Below, one piece after another: positions 11,174 through 20,987 of a stretch of 64,000 bases of DNA (within the stretch, counting starts at the first letter, position 1; each line of letters begins with the position of its first letter). Below the pieces are notes generated by a model. That model was not told where the DNA came from and searched no databases. It was given only the letters and a program-made list of their open reading frames with translations. Source of the DNA: an uncultured Spirochaetales bacterium (GTDB taxonomy: Bacteria > UBP6 > UBA1177). A program made the position numbers and the translations under genes. Where the stretch lies: the NCBI GenBank assembly GCA_964630905.1, contig CAZVWR010000004.1:6775-70774 (forward strand). The letters are read 5' to 3'.

Positions 11174-13995
11174 TTAGAAATGTCGCTGCATTTTTAATTG
11201 TTACGGTTTTTTCGATCCAGGTAATTTCAGCTCTTGAAAAAGTTAAGTTCCGAAAACATGAAACGGAACATCAGGTGCTCTATTTTTCATCCAATCTTGA
11301 CGATTCGGTCATTCCACGGCTCATTAAACAGGCGGTAAAGTCGGAAGAGTTCATCAAAGATCTTTACGGCTGGGTTCCTTCAAAAAAAATAATCACAGTT
11401 TATGACAGAGAGACCGACACAGCAAACGGATGGTCAAGAAGTTATCTTAAAAATGTAATATATCTATACACTTATCCTCCTGAAAGATATTCGACACTTT
11501 CAAGTTATACAAGCTGGGAACAGGGACTCCATGTTCACGAATACACCCATTCCGTTCAGATAGGGAATACGAAAGGATTCCCGAAGTTCATCAACACAGT
11601 TTTCGGCAATCTCTATTTTCCCGGCGGAATGATTCCGAGATGGGCTCTTGAAGGTGCGGCGATATACAGCGAATCGCTCATTGAAGGGAAAGGGCGGCTC
11701 AACAGTCCGCTTTATAAGGCTCACTTCGACTCTTTTTTTCTGAAAGGGAAAGAACTTTCACTTGGTGAACTTTCAGGCATTTCCGATCACTGGATGGGGG
11801 GAGGTCTCCCATATCTTTACGGAACTTATTTCTATGCGTATCTTGTTGAGAAGACTGGAAAAAAACAGCTTGCCGCTTTTTTTGACGAATTGTCGGACGA
11901 TGCTTTTCCTTTTCTTGCCAACAGAGCCGCAAGAACCACTCTCGGCTCATCTTTAACCGATCTGTACAGGAAATTCATAAGGGAAAAAAGAGATGAATTA
12001 AGTTCCAAAGTGCGGGACTCTTCGGGAGAACACGGTTCAAAAGAGCGATTTCATTCAGTATTTGTCGATCTCAATTCAGATGGTTATGTGTTTTCGGGTG
12101 AAAAAATATCAAAAAGAGCTGTTTACAGCTTCAACGAAGGTGAACTTAAAAAACTTTCATCTTTTCCGTCACACGAATCATTTTCTAAAAAAGATGAAAA
12201 ATGTGTTTTTCCCTTAAATATCAGGCATGAAGACAGGTACTACAGGAATGAGATCTTTTATGCGGATTTAAAGAAGCGGTCTATAAAAAAGATAACAGAA
12301 AATGAAACTGCAGGCGAGGTTGTTTTCGGATCTGACAACGATATTTATTACACTTCGTTCAGAGATGGAATAAACCGGATAACCCATTTAAAACTTGACG
12401 GAACTGTGATAAGTGAATGGGATTTCAGAGAGCTTGACTCAATTTTCAGCATCTCTTTGTCAAGTGACGGAAAGAAAATGGTTTTTACCGGAAATCTTTA
12501 TAATTTTGAAAAGAACATATTCATTTTTAATACTGAAAACAGTGAGTTGACTGAAATAAGGATTGACGGTGACCAGTATTCGGTCTACTTCAGAAATGAT
12601 GAAGAGATCATTTTTTCAAGCGAAAAGAACGGCAGAATTGTCCCGATGTCACTTAATTTTAAGGAAAAACGGTTAAAACAGCTTCACAGGCCCTCTTCTG
12701 TTGCAATTTTTCCTAAAGTTATAAATGACGAGATATTTTTCATGGCTTTTGACAATGACGGCTACTATCCGGCATGGCAGAAGATCGAAAACATCGACCT
12801 TGGAAAAGTTCCGGATGGTGTTTTTGTAACAGTTGAAAGAAAAGGTGAGGAATTTGAGAAAGTTACACTTAAGGATGCAAAATTTTATGAAGGGATGTTG
12901 CCATCTCTGATAATTCCTGACTATCAGGGTTCTGTTAATTCCCACACAATAGGGTTTACAGTATGGGGCGAATCAAATGATCAGGAAAGGTATTATGACA
13001 TTTCCTATTACAAAACTTTCGGTGGAACTGGAAGACATTTTGCAATGATCAACTATTTTGATCAAACGGTATGGCCGGGGTTCAGATGGTATTTTTCATA
13101 CAGCAGGGAAGATTCAAAAACAGGCGGTATTTACAGAACTGATGTGTCGTATGACAGATTCAATTCCGGCATCTCCCTGTTTTCTTCAACGTCAAGCCCT
13201 GTTTTCATCCTTCCTTCAAAGATAGTGAACATGAATCACAGCATCCGTTCGGGTCTCGGTTTGAGCGGAACTGACATGAATGTGAAACAATTGAAAGACC
13301 CGCTTGACATAACTCCGCCTGAAAATGACCGGCTTGACATAACTGCCTATTTTTCATACGGATTTTCGTTTTCTTTCAATCCTGGATCATATTATCTTTT
13401 CAGTGATATGGAAAGGACATCATTTTCTTTTCCGATGACAATTTACAGATCTTTAATGGGTGATAGCAGATCGCTGGTGTTCTCTCCTTCGATGCAGTTG
13501 AGCTTTCTCATCCTTCCAAACGGGAAACTCGGATTTATCACAAGGAATGCGCTTTATATGAGATTCCTGACCGACAACTATTTTCTTCTTGGTGGAGACG
13601 AACTTGACATTGATATTCTGAACCTGAACACATTTATTTACGGCGGATCATCAAGCGTAACCGTCAGAGGATACAACTATGGAGCCGCAGGAGGAAAGCA
13701 TGTCTACCACTCAAACAACGAACTGAGATTCCACCTTTTCTCGATAAGTCAGGGGTTTAACACATTTCCCCTCATGTTCAAAAATGTTCAGGGAGCCCTT
13801 TTCTTTGACATCGGAAGCGGCTCTCCCGACATTAACATGTTTGATGACAAGTTCATCGCCGGAATCGGTGCAGAACTAAAACTTTATTCAGTGTGGTGGT
13901 ACCGCGTCCCCATAATCTTTTCGTTCGGAACCGCCTACGGATTGACAAAAAGCGGACAACTCAATTTCTATTTTTCTTTAGGCAATTCTTTCTGA
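11170..13995 (+). CDS. Outer-membrane protein: signal peptide, HExxH zincin-like module, PD40/TolB-like beta-propeller and Omp85 (BamA/TamA)-type C-terminal barrel.
   Basis: The signal peptide is MIRNVAAFLIVTVFSIQVISA. HVHEYTHSVQ is followed about 35 aa later by WALEGAAIYSE, a gluzincin-like spacing. Repeats such as SDGKKMVFTG and DGINRITHL look PD40-like. The terminal strand LNFYFSLGNSF matches the Omp85 C-terminal signature. The ATGA overlap indicates translational coupling with the upstream gene. Confidence 0.7.
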   Translation: MIRNVAAFLIVTVFSIQVISALEKVKFRKHETEHQVLYFSSNLDDSVIPRLIKQAVKSEEFIKDLYGWVPSKKIITVYDRETDTANGWSRSYLKNVIYLYTYPPERYSTLSSYTSWEQGLHVHEYTHSVQIGNTKGFPKFINTVFGNLYFPGGMIPRWALEGAAIYSESLIEGKGRLNSPLYKAHFDSFFLKGKELSLGELSGISDHWMGGGLPYLYGTYFYAYLVEKTGKKQLAAFFDELSDDAFPFLANRAARTTLGSSLTDLYRKFIREKRDELSSKVRDSSGEHGSKERFHSVFVDLNSDGYVFSGEKISKRAVYSFNEGELKKLSSFPSHESFSKKDEKCVFPLNIRHEDRYYRNEIFYADLKKRSIKKITENETAGEVVFGSDNDIYYTSFRDGINRITHLKLDGTVISEWDFRELDSIFSISLSSDGKKMVFTGNLYNFEKNIFIFNTENSELTEIRIDGDQYSVYFRNDEEIIFSSEKNGRIVPMSLNFKEKRLKQLHRPSSVAIFPKVINDEIFFMAFDNDGYYPAWQKIENIDLGKVPDGVFVTVERKGEEFEKVTLKDAKFYEGMLPSLIIPDYQGSVNSHTIGFTVWGESNDQERYYDISYYKTFGGTGRHFAMINYFDQTVWPGFRWYFSYSREDSKTGGIYRTDVSYDRFNSGISLFSSTSSPVFILPSKIVNMNHSIRSGLGLSGTDMNVKQLKDPLDITPPENDRLDITAYFSYGFSFSFNPGSYYLFSDMERTSFSFPMTIYRSLMGDSRSLVFSPSMQLSFLILPNGKLGFITRNALYMRFLTDNYFLLGGDELDIDILNLNTFIYGGSSSVTVRGYNYGAAGGKHVYHSNNELRFHLFSISQGFNTFPLMFKNVQGALFFDIGSGSPDINMFDDKFIAGIGAELKLYSVWWYRVPIIFSFGTAYGLTKSGQLNFYFSLGNSF

Positions 13996-14306
13996 TCAAA
14001 ATCGTTTTTTATTTCTCAAATTTCACAAACATCAGAAATCATTGTTCTTAAATTAAGACTTATAAGTTTGAATACATTATGGATTAAAAATAATTTGACA
14101 TGAAACTTAGTCGCTGTTAGCATAAACCGTGTTGTTAATTTAAAAAAACGAAGAAAGTGATGAAAACCTTTGGTTTAAACGCAATTCTGGCACACTTGTT
14201 GCTCATTTCTCACGCTTCCTTTCAACAAGCTTTGTTCAGGGGTTCCTCCTTAAAAATCAGTCGGGAAAACGGTTCATTAAATTTTGAAAAGATGTTTATG
14301 GAATTT

Positions 14307-16319
14307 ATGAAAAAGCTCCTGTTTCTGTTTTTTATAAGTGTTTTCGTTTTTGCATGTGAAAAGAAAGAAAGATTTCTGGATAATGATGTTTCAGATGCTG
14401 ATCAGTCTGAAGAGCAGAAAGATATTGATGAAATTCCAGATGAAGATGTTGAAGAGAATTGGCATATTGCACCTGTTGTAAAATGCGAAAAAGATTCTGA
14501 CTGCCCTGAGCCTGATAAGGAGTTCTGTGATCCTTATGGTGAATGTCAATGCAGAAGAAGCGATGATTATGTGATCAGATACAAAGGCAAGTGCATTCAC
14601 GGACTCGAAGGGAATGATTTGTTCTGCAACGGGAATTCACATTCATTCAGTTTAAAACACAGTGTTTCCAGAAAAGGAGGAATTGCATATACAGAAAAGA
14701 TTGAAGATGTTAATTGCCTGTGTTATACGGGATTTTATGGAAATAACTGCGAAAGAAAACACGAAAATTATCCTGATAAATTTCCAGTAGGTGATGAATA
14801 CTTTCTTCCTGAACCGAATTGCAAAAATGATGCGGAATGTGGAGAGGGCATGAAATGCAGCGAAACGGGCTTTTGTTATTGTGATAAGGAAGTCCATTTT
14901 ACTGACCCGGTGCTGAGAAATGCTGTTGTTGCAGCTGTCGGAAAAGCTAACTATACAGGACTTGATTTGATAAATGTAACAAAACTGACTTTGGAATATG
15001 CACAGAATTTAAATAACATGGAGTGTTTGCCAAATCTGAGAGTCCTTATAATGCTTAATCCATACGCAAGTGTAAAAATAGAAGATGTTGCCCAATTTAA
15101 AAACCTTCAGTCTTTGATAATGAAAGATTACGGATCTGCAGTTTTTGATTTTTCTCCAATTTTGAAATTAGAAAGGCTACTTTCACTGGGACTTGATTTA
15201 GACAAAGACAGCTATAAGTTCTTGGAAAAAATGGATCCCGAAAACCATCTTGAAGCCATCTGGTTTGATTTTGAAAAAGGAGATTATCCTGAAAATTTTG
15301 AGTTTATTAAAAAATTTAAAAGAATAAGAAGTGCTAAACTTTATTGTGGTCAAAGTGCAAATCTCAGTGATAATTGTTCATTTGATATTTCCAATCTTTC
15401 CGAGAGTCAGAATCTGCAATATTTTGTATTGTATCCTGGAAGATGCGAAATCAAAAACATTATTGAATTAGAAAGAAATAAAGAGGTTCGGGAATTAATG
15501 GTTGGAAATGTCACAACAGATTTAAAGCCGACAAGACATTTAAATCTTTCTGATTTTCCTGTGTTACCAAATCTGACGACACTTTGGATTGACAGCGTGG
15601 TATTTGATGAGAAACTCATCGATCATTTTCCTGAACTTACGAATCTGCATTTATTCGGTTACGGAATTGACATTAAGAAGCTAGATTTTTTGTCAGGAAT
15701 GAAAAACATGAGATTGTTGTATGTGTCTGAAAACTATACCGATCTTGTCCCATTCAATGAAAAAAGATATGAGCCGATTGGAAAAATGACAAATCTGATA
15801 GAGCTTGATATAATAAATTACAGTAGTCGTAATTATTCGTGGGTTGCAGGATTGAAGCATGTTGTTTTGTTCGGTTTAAGTGATGAAAATAGATATGAAG
15901 AAAATGTTCAGGATTATAATGAAAACGGTTCAGACGGCACAGATTATTATTTAAACCTTTTATATCTTTCCACATATATTGATAACACATATCATATTGA
16001 TAATGTTAAAGGATTTAAAGAAAATTGCGATAAGAACGGAGCGTTCTGCAATAGCTCATTCTGGGATAAATATATGAATGAAAATGATTATTTTCCCCCT
16101 TCAATAAACATTTGTCAGAATCCTGTCAAAACTGAAGACAAAGACCTTCAGTATCTTTTGGAAAAAGGAGTTGGATTTATAATTGGAAAAGACAGTCAGA
16201 GTTGTGAGATGCTCTCACCTGAAATAACGAATAAAAGTGCACTCTTTAATAGAAAACAAAAACTGGATTTCAGAATGGATATAACCGACAACTCAGGAAT
16301 AAAATGGATTTCAAAATAA
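14307..16319 (+). CDS. Lipoprotein with N-terminal small disulfide-rich (EGF-like) modules and a C-terminal leucine-rich-repeat-like region.
   Basis: The lipobox MKKLLFLFFISVFVFAC is at an internal Met; the track start at 14157 is probably an upstream extension. The Cys modules are CEKDSDCPEPDKEFCDPYGECQC and PEPNCKNDAECGEGMKCSETGFCYC. LRR-like segments include LPNLRVLIML and LTNLHLFGYGIDIKKLDFLSGMKNMRLL. Confidence 0.6.
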   Translation: MKKLLFLFFISVFVFACEKKERFLDNDVSDADQSEEQKDIDEIPDEDVEENWHIAPVVKCEKDSDCPEPDKEFCDPYGECQCRRSDDYVIRYKGKCIHGLEGNDLFCNGNSHSFSLKHSVSRKGGIAYTEKIEDVNCLCYTGFYGNNCERKHENYPDKFPVGDEYFLPEPNCKNDAECGEGMKCSETGFCYCDKEVHFTDPVLRNAVVAAVGKANYTGLDLINVTKLTLEYAQNLNNMECLPNLRVLIMLNPYASVKIEDVAQFKNLQSLIMKDYGSAVFDFSPILKLERLLSLGLDLDKDSYKFLEKMDPENHLEAIWFDFEKGDYPENFEFIKKFKRIRSAKLYCGQSANLSDNCSFDISNLSESQNLQYFVLYPGRCEIKNIIELERNKEVRELMVGNVTTDLKPTRHLNLSDFPVLPNLTTLWIDSVVFDEKLIDHFPELTNLHLFGYGIDIKKLDFLSGMKNMRLLYVSENYTDLVPFNEKRYEPIGKMTNLIELDIINYSSRNYSWVAGLKHVVLFGLSDENRYEENVQDYNENGSDGTDYYLNLLYLSTYIDNTYHIDNVKGFKENCDKNGAFCNSSFWDKYMNENDYFPPSINICQNPVKTEDKDLQYLLEKGVGFIIGKDSQSCEMLSPEITNKSALFNRKQKLDFRMDITDNSGIKWISK

Positions 16320-16344
16320 GACACAAAAAGATTCGGAGAATGTT

Positions 16345-18207
16345 ATGAAATTGCCGACATACCTTTTTAATATTGCTCTTTGCTTCTTATTTCTCTTGTC
16401 ATGTGAGCAAAGCAAAGTTGACAATAACGATTCTGATAATTCTGAAATTAATGACTCTGATGTTGTTCAAATTGACTCTGAATCTGATGATTCTGAATCA
16501 ACAGTTGAGTGCAGCAAAGACAGCGACTGCGGAAAAAATGAAGTGTGTGATCCTTATGGAGACTGCCTTTGTAATGCCGGAGAAAGACTGTTTTTTAAAT
16601 ATGATGGAGAATGTATAAGCTATTTTGAAGCAAACAGACTTTTCTGCAATGGGCACGCCGGAATGATTGATGTAAATCCTGAGTTTTTGAAAGGGGGATG
16701 TGCATTTATTGAAAAAGGTCAGGAGAATGAAGTCATCTGCACGAGCTGTCTTTTAGGGTATGTCGGCAAATTCTGTGAGAAAAAGATTGATGGATACAAT
16801 GATTCAGGCATGGAACTTGATGAAGAAAACAACAAGGTTGATTTTCCTTTTCCTGAACCTTACTGCAAGAATGATTCAGATTGCGTTGAAGGGTTGAAAT
16901 GTATTGACGGATATTGCGAATGCGAAGGGGAAGTAATATTTGAAGATGAAGACATGACTTATCTTGTTGCCGCACATCTTGGATTGAAGGATGGCAGAAC
17001 AGTTTTCAGCGGGAAAGAGCTTTTATCAATAAAGGATTTTCAGCTTGTTCTTTATAAAGAATCAACAGATATTTCTAATTTAAGGTGCTTAAGTAATATA
17101 AGAAACATTGCAATTCCGGGTGTTGAAGATGGTCAGGATTTAACAGAAGTGACATATTTGAAGAAAGTTCAGCATCTTGCAGGAGTTTTTTCTTCAAAAG
17201 ATATATCCTGGATCGAGAATATGGAAAATTTGCTGTCTTTGAATATTTCAATTGATGGAGGGTGGACATCTATCAACTTCATCGAGAGCTTTTTATCCAG
17301 AGAGTCTGTCACCAAATTTGAACTTTGGGTTTACTGCGGTGTTGGATTTTGTGAGAATTTTGATTTTTCGCCGATAAAAAATTTTGAGAATCTCGATAGC
17401 TTAGTGGTTTTGGTCAGAGGAGATAAAATTCCTGAAATAGATTTTGAGATTTTTTCTGAACTGAAAAACCTGAAAGAGATATATATAAGAAATTATGGCG
17501 GAGTGGCAAAGAATATAAGCAAATTAAACAATCTCAGCAGCTTAATATCTTTCGGAATTGATATGGAAGGGTATGATTTAAGTGATTTAAACCAGAATAA
17601 TGAATTTATATCCCTTGTTGTCAGCGATTCTGTTGTAACAGCTCCTGTTGCTGAGCTATTCCCGAATCTGATGTATCTGACTTACATTGATCTTGGAACA
17701 AAAAACACAGCAGAAATAATATCCGGGCTCAACAAAATTAAGAATTTAAAAATTGATAACAACACAATCGGATTGAAGTATGAAGGGCTTGAAAATGTGA
17801 TATCAGAAATGAGAAATCTTAGAACTTTGTGGATTTCCCCATTTATCGGTAAAAGCAGCATGGGTTTTGTTAAAAACAATAAATATTTGGAGCGGATACA
17901 GCTTTTAAATGCTGCCAGAGACGAAAAACCAAGAGATATTTCAGTAGTAGAAGATCTTCTTTATTTGTATATTTATGAAGATATGTCAGGCGGCTCTAAC
18001 ACATTTGCTCCGTTTGTAGAAAATTGTAAAAACGGAGGAACACTGTGCCGGGAGGATTCGGACATATATTTAAGCGGACTTAAAAATGAAGATGGAGTGA
18101 AATTTAAAAAGCTGTTTCTAAGCAGTCCCAATCTTGATGTTTTAGAAGAAATGAGCAACATAAACTATCTAAGAGATGCCGGCGTTATTGTTGAATATAA
18201 TGAGTAA
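16345..18207 (+). CDS. Paralogous EGF-like/LRR-like lipoprotein.
   Basis: Lipobox CFLFLLSC. It is collinear with the upstream gene (CSKDSDCGKNEVCDPYGDCLC; PEPYCKNDSDCVEGLKCIDGYCEC). The LRR-like C-terminal half includes LSNIRNIAIPG and LKNLKEIYIRN. Confidence 0.6.
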   Translation: MKLPTYLFNIALCFLFLLSCEQSKVDNNDSDNSEINDSDVVQIDSESDDSESTVECSKDSDCGKNEVCDPYGDCLCNAGERLFFKYDGECISYFEANRLFCNGHAGMIDVNPEFLKGGCAFIEKGQENEVICTSCLLGYVGKFCEKKIDGYNDSGMELDEENNKVDFPFPEPYCKNDSDCVEGLKCIDGYCECEGEVIFEDEDMTYLVAAHLGLKDGRTVFSGKELLSIKDFQLVLYKESTDISNLRCLSNIRNIAIPGVEDGQDLTEVTYLKKVQHLAGVFSSKDISWIENMENLLSLNISIDGGWTSINFIESFLSRESVTKFELWVYCGVGFCENFDFSPIKNFENLDSLVVLVRGDKIPEIDFEIFSELKNLKEIYIRNYGGVAKNISKLNNLSSLISFGIDMEGYDLSDLNQNNEFISLVVSDSVVTAPVAELFPNLMYLTYIDLGTKNTAEIISGLNKIKNLKIDNNTIGLKYEGLENVISEMRNLRTLWISPFIGKSSMGFVKNNKYLERIQLLNAARDEKPRDISVVEDLLYLYIYEDMSGGSNTFAPFVENCKNGGTLCREDSDIYLSGLKNEDGVKFKKLFLSSPNLDVLEEMSNINYLRDAGVIVEYNE

Positions 18208-18227
18208 TCTTTTCAGGAGGTTTCCGG

Positions 18228-20984
18228 ATGAACACTTTTTTTAGAATTGTTCTGATTTTTCTAATGTTTTTTTCAATTTCCTGTGAAAAGGAAAAGCTGG
18301 AAAGAGATGATGAAGCTCTGAATGATGATGCAATTGAAAATGATGAAAATATGTCTGATGATGATCAGATTTTTGCCTGTGCTGATGAATGGGAGAAGAC
18401 GGAACTGATCGAAGATGTGAGTATGATGTTTGATTTTGATATAAAGGTGGAGACCGGGAAGTGGAACTGGGAAAAAAAGGAAGAATTTGATGAACTTGTT
18501 TTTGAAGGAGGTCCATCAAGAGTTCTTGGTGTCCTGAATGACGGAAGTCTGATTCTGAGTGATTATTATAATACTCTGGAAGGATATTCGATCCTTGCAG
18601 TTCTACACCCTGACGGAACAACGAAGCGGTATATTCTTGAAATTGACAAGGGAAAGAAAATAACTTTCGGCATCGGAACAATTGATACATTCAAACCATT
18701 TGTTTTCTGGCCGGGCTATTATTTTGATAAAGATCGGCAGGAAATCCTTATTTCTGTTACAATGATGACAAAACTAAAGTCTCCATACAGCGATGAATAT
18801 TCAGCGAGACCTTTTATAATTAAAATTGATGCGTCAGGCGGTTTGTTATACATGTCATGGGAAAATGACGGAACAAGCATCTGTTCTAATCTGACCCAGA
18901 CTGATGACAAAATAGTACTTTTCTGCTCGCACTGGATTCCTGATCCTGAAATATATGAAGAAACAGGCAGGATAAATGCTGAAATAAATGTAATAAACGG
19001 AAACACCGTTTACAGAAAAATAATGAAGTCTGAATATATTGCGTTGACAGAAAACAGTGCAGGCAGTAAAAATGGTGAGATATATTCATTTTATAAAGAA
19101 AGCACATTTACTGAAACTGAGGCGATAGATGTTGGTTTTATCTACAGTTTTGATGAAAAAGACCTCTGCCTTAAAACAGAAGGACCTGAAGATTATTTTG
19201 ATGAACTGGCTTTTGACGGTTCCCCATACGAAGGATATAGCATGATGTATCCTTATAGTTTTATTAAAAAAGGAGATTATTCCATTGTCGGGGGAGTCAG
19301 AACTAAACTTGAACACCTTGATTATGAACAGATTCAAAGCTTTAATCCGTCATTATATGTTGACCATTCTGACAATGACACAATTTTTTCTTTCGGAATA
19401 AAGGATCCGAGATTTGAGGTTGGAGAAACACAGGCGATGCACCTTGTTTCTGAGCCGATCATTTTCAGTAAAGAAAACAGCAATTTATTGTTTGTGTCAT
19501 TGATATCGACTTTTGATATGGAAGATGAAGGACAGGACTGGATAACTCCTGAACTTATTGAGAAAACAGATTATTTTTACAGGCCTTCAATTGCGGCAGT
19601 TGATATAGAAAAAAAAGAGGCATATATCAGGAATTTCTTTATGGGAGATCTTGTCGGCTTTTTTGGAGAGGCGTTTCCCTTTGAAGAGTATATTTATTTT
19701 GTAGTAAATTATGGTCAGGAAAGGACTCTGTACCGGATGCCCGAATCATGGCTTATAAATGAAAATGCAAGAGCGAAAGAGAGCCGCTTCTTTATTGAAG
19801 ATATTGCAAAATTGCGGGAAGCTGTATTGAAAGAACTCAAACCGTTTGAAACGGTTTCTTCAGGGAAAAAGCACACATGTGCAGTGGATGAAGAAAAAAG
19901 GGTGATCTGCTGGGGAGACAATTCAGAAGGACAGCTTGGAAACATTGTCGGGTACACAAGACCTTATCCTGACCTTATATTTATGGACGGAATTCTTAAG
20001 GATAAAACAGTTGAAATTATGAAAACAGGCTCTGCCCATGCATGTGTTGTTGCGGATGATAAAAGAATTTACTGCTGGGGCAGTGATGATGCCGGAAAGC
20101 TTGGAATAGGTGACGGTAATTATAGTCTTTATCCTGTATCAGTGAAATATGATGGAGTTCTTAAAGACAAAATAATCGTTGATGTTGCTCCGGGAACAAG
20201 TCACACCTGTGCAATTGATGAAGAGGGGAAAGCTTACTGCTGGGGCAGAAACACTCTTGGCAGTGTTGGAACTGAAACGGATCTTCAGTTTGTTTATGAA
20301 CCTGTTGTTGTTGATATGAGCGGAGTTTTAAAAGATAGAAAAATTATAGAAATATCAAGCGGTTCTGCGCATACATGTGCAGTTGCCTATGATGGCGGGG
20401 TTTACTGCTGGGGATCGAATGACAGAGGTCAGCTCGGAGACGGAAAAGGTGGTACTCAGGGTGAAATAGGCGGCGGACTTGGATCTCACAGCAAATTTCC
20501 TGTTAAAGCGGAAACAGCGGAAGGAAAATATTTAAAAGTTTCAGCAGGTTATGATCATACATGTATTTTGAATGACAAAGGGAAAATATTCTGCTTCGGG
20601 AACAATGCAAACGGTCAGCTTGGAGACGGCACGACTGAAATGAGGTTGACGCCTGTTGCACTGAATTCAGACAAAGTTTTCAAATCTGTTTCAGCGGGAT
20701 CGGAACATACCTGTGCAGTTGATGATAAAGATGAAGCATACTGCTGGGGAGGAAACATTGTCGGACAGCTCGGAACAGGCAGTAAAGAGAGTTCTCTAAT
20801 TCCTGTAAAAGTAAAATATGCGACAGAAACCAAAATCAAATCAATAAGTTGCGGCCACAGACACACATGTTCAGTCACCACTGAAGGAGTTGTCCACTGC
20901 TGGGGCTTGAACAGTGACGGGCAGATTGGCAACGGCACTTATGAAGATTCACTAACTCCGAAAGAGATCAAAGCGAAAGAGTAG
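18228..20984 (+). CDS. Lipoprotein with a C-terminal seven-blade RCC1-repeat beta-propeller.
   Basis: Lipobox LMFFSISC with the ribosome-binding site AGGAGG. There are seven repeats of the type GxxHTCAVxxxGxxYCWGxNxxGQLGxG (e.g. HTCAVDEEKRVICWGDNSEGQLGN). Confidence 0.75.
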   Translation: MNTFFRIVLIFLMFFSISCEKEKLERDDEALNDDAIENDENMSDDDQIFACADEWEKTELIEDVSMMFDFDIKVETGKWNWEKKEEFDELVFEGGPSRVLGVLNDGSLILSDYYNTLEGYSILAVLHPDGTTKRYILEIDKGKKITFGIGTIDTFKPFVFWPGYYFDKDRQEILISVTMMTKLKSPYSDEYSARPFIIKIDASGGLLYMSWENDGTSICSNLTQTDDKIVLFCSHWIPDPEIYEETGRINAEINVINGNTVYRKIMKSEYIALTENSAGSKNGEIYSFYKESTFTETEAIDVGFIYSFDEKDLCLKTEGPEDYFDELAFDGSPYEGYSMMYPYSFIKKGDYSIVGGVRTKLEHLDYEQIQSFNPSLYVDHSDNDTIFSFGIKDPRFEVGETQAMHLVSEPIIFSKENSNLLFVSLISTFDMEDEGQDWITPELIEKTDYFYRPSIAAVDIEKKEAYIRNFFMGDLVGFFGEAFPFEEYIYFVVNYGQERTLYRMPESWLINENARAKESRFFIEDIAKLREAVLKELKPFETVSSGKKHTCAVDEEKRVICWGDNSEGQLGNIVGYTRPYPDLIFMDGILKDKTVEIMKTGSAHACVVADDKRIYCWGSDDAGKLGIGDGNYSLYPVSVKYDGVLKDKIIVDVAPGTSHTCAIDEEGKAYCWGRNTLGSVGTETDLQFVYEPVVVDMSGVLKDRKIIEISSGSAHTCAVAYDGGVYCWGSNDRGQLGDGKGGTQGEIGGGLGSHSKFPVKAETAEGKYLKVSAGYDHTCILNDKGKIFCFGNNANGQLGDGTTEMRLTPVALNSDKVFKSVSAGSEHTCAVDDKDEAYCWGGNIVGQLGTGSKESSLIPVKVKYATETKIKSISCGHRHTCSVTTEGVVHCWGLNSDGQIGNGTYEDSLTPKEIKAKE

Positions 20985-20987
20985 ACT

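Noticed and set aside
14157-14306. A 50-codon N-terminal extension of the first EGF/LRR lipoprotein from the GTG/ATG at 14157.
   Set aside because: A canonical lipoprotein signal (MKKLLFLFFISVFVFAC) begins at 14307. The extension would bury it. The region more likely holds the promoter; TTGACA at 14095 with TAGCAT 17 nt downstream is a possible promoter.
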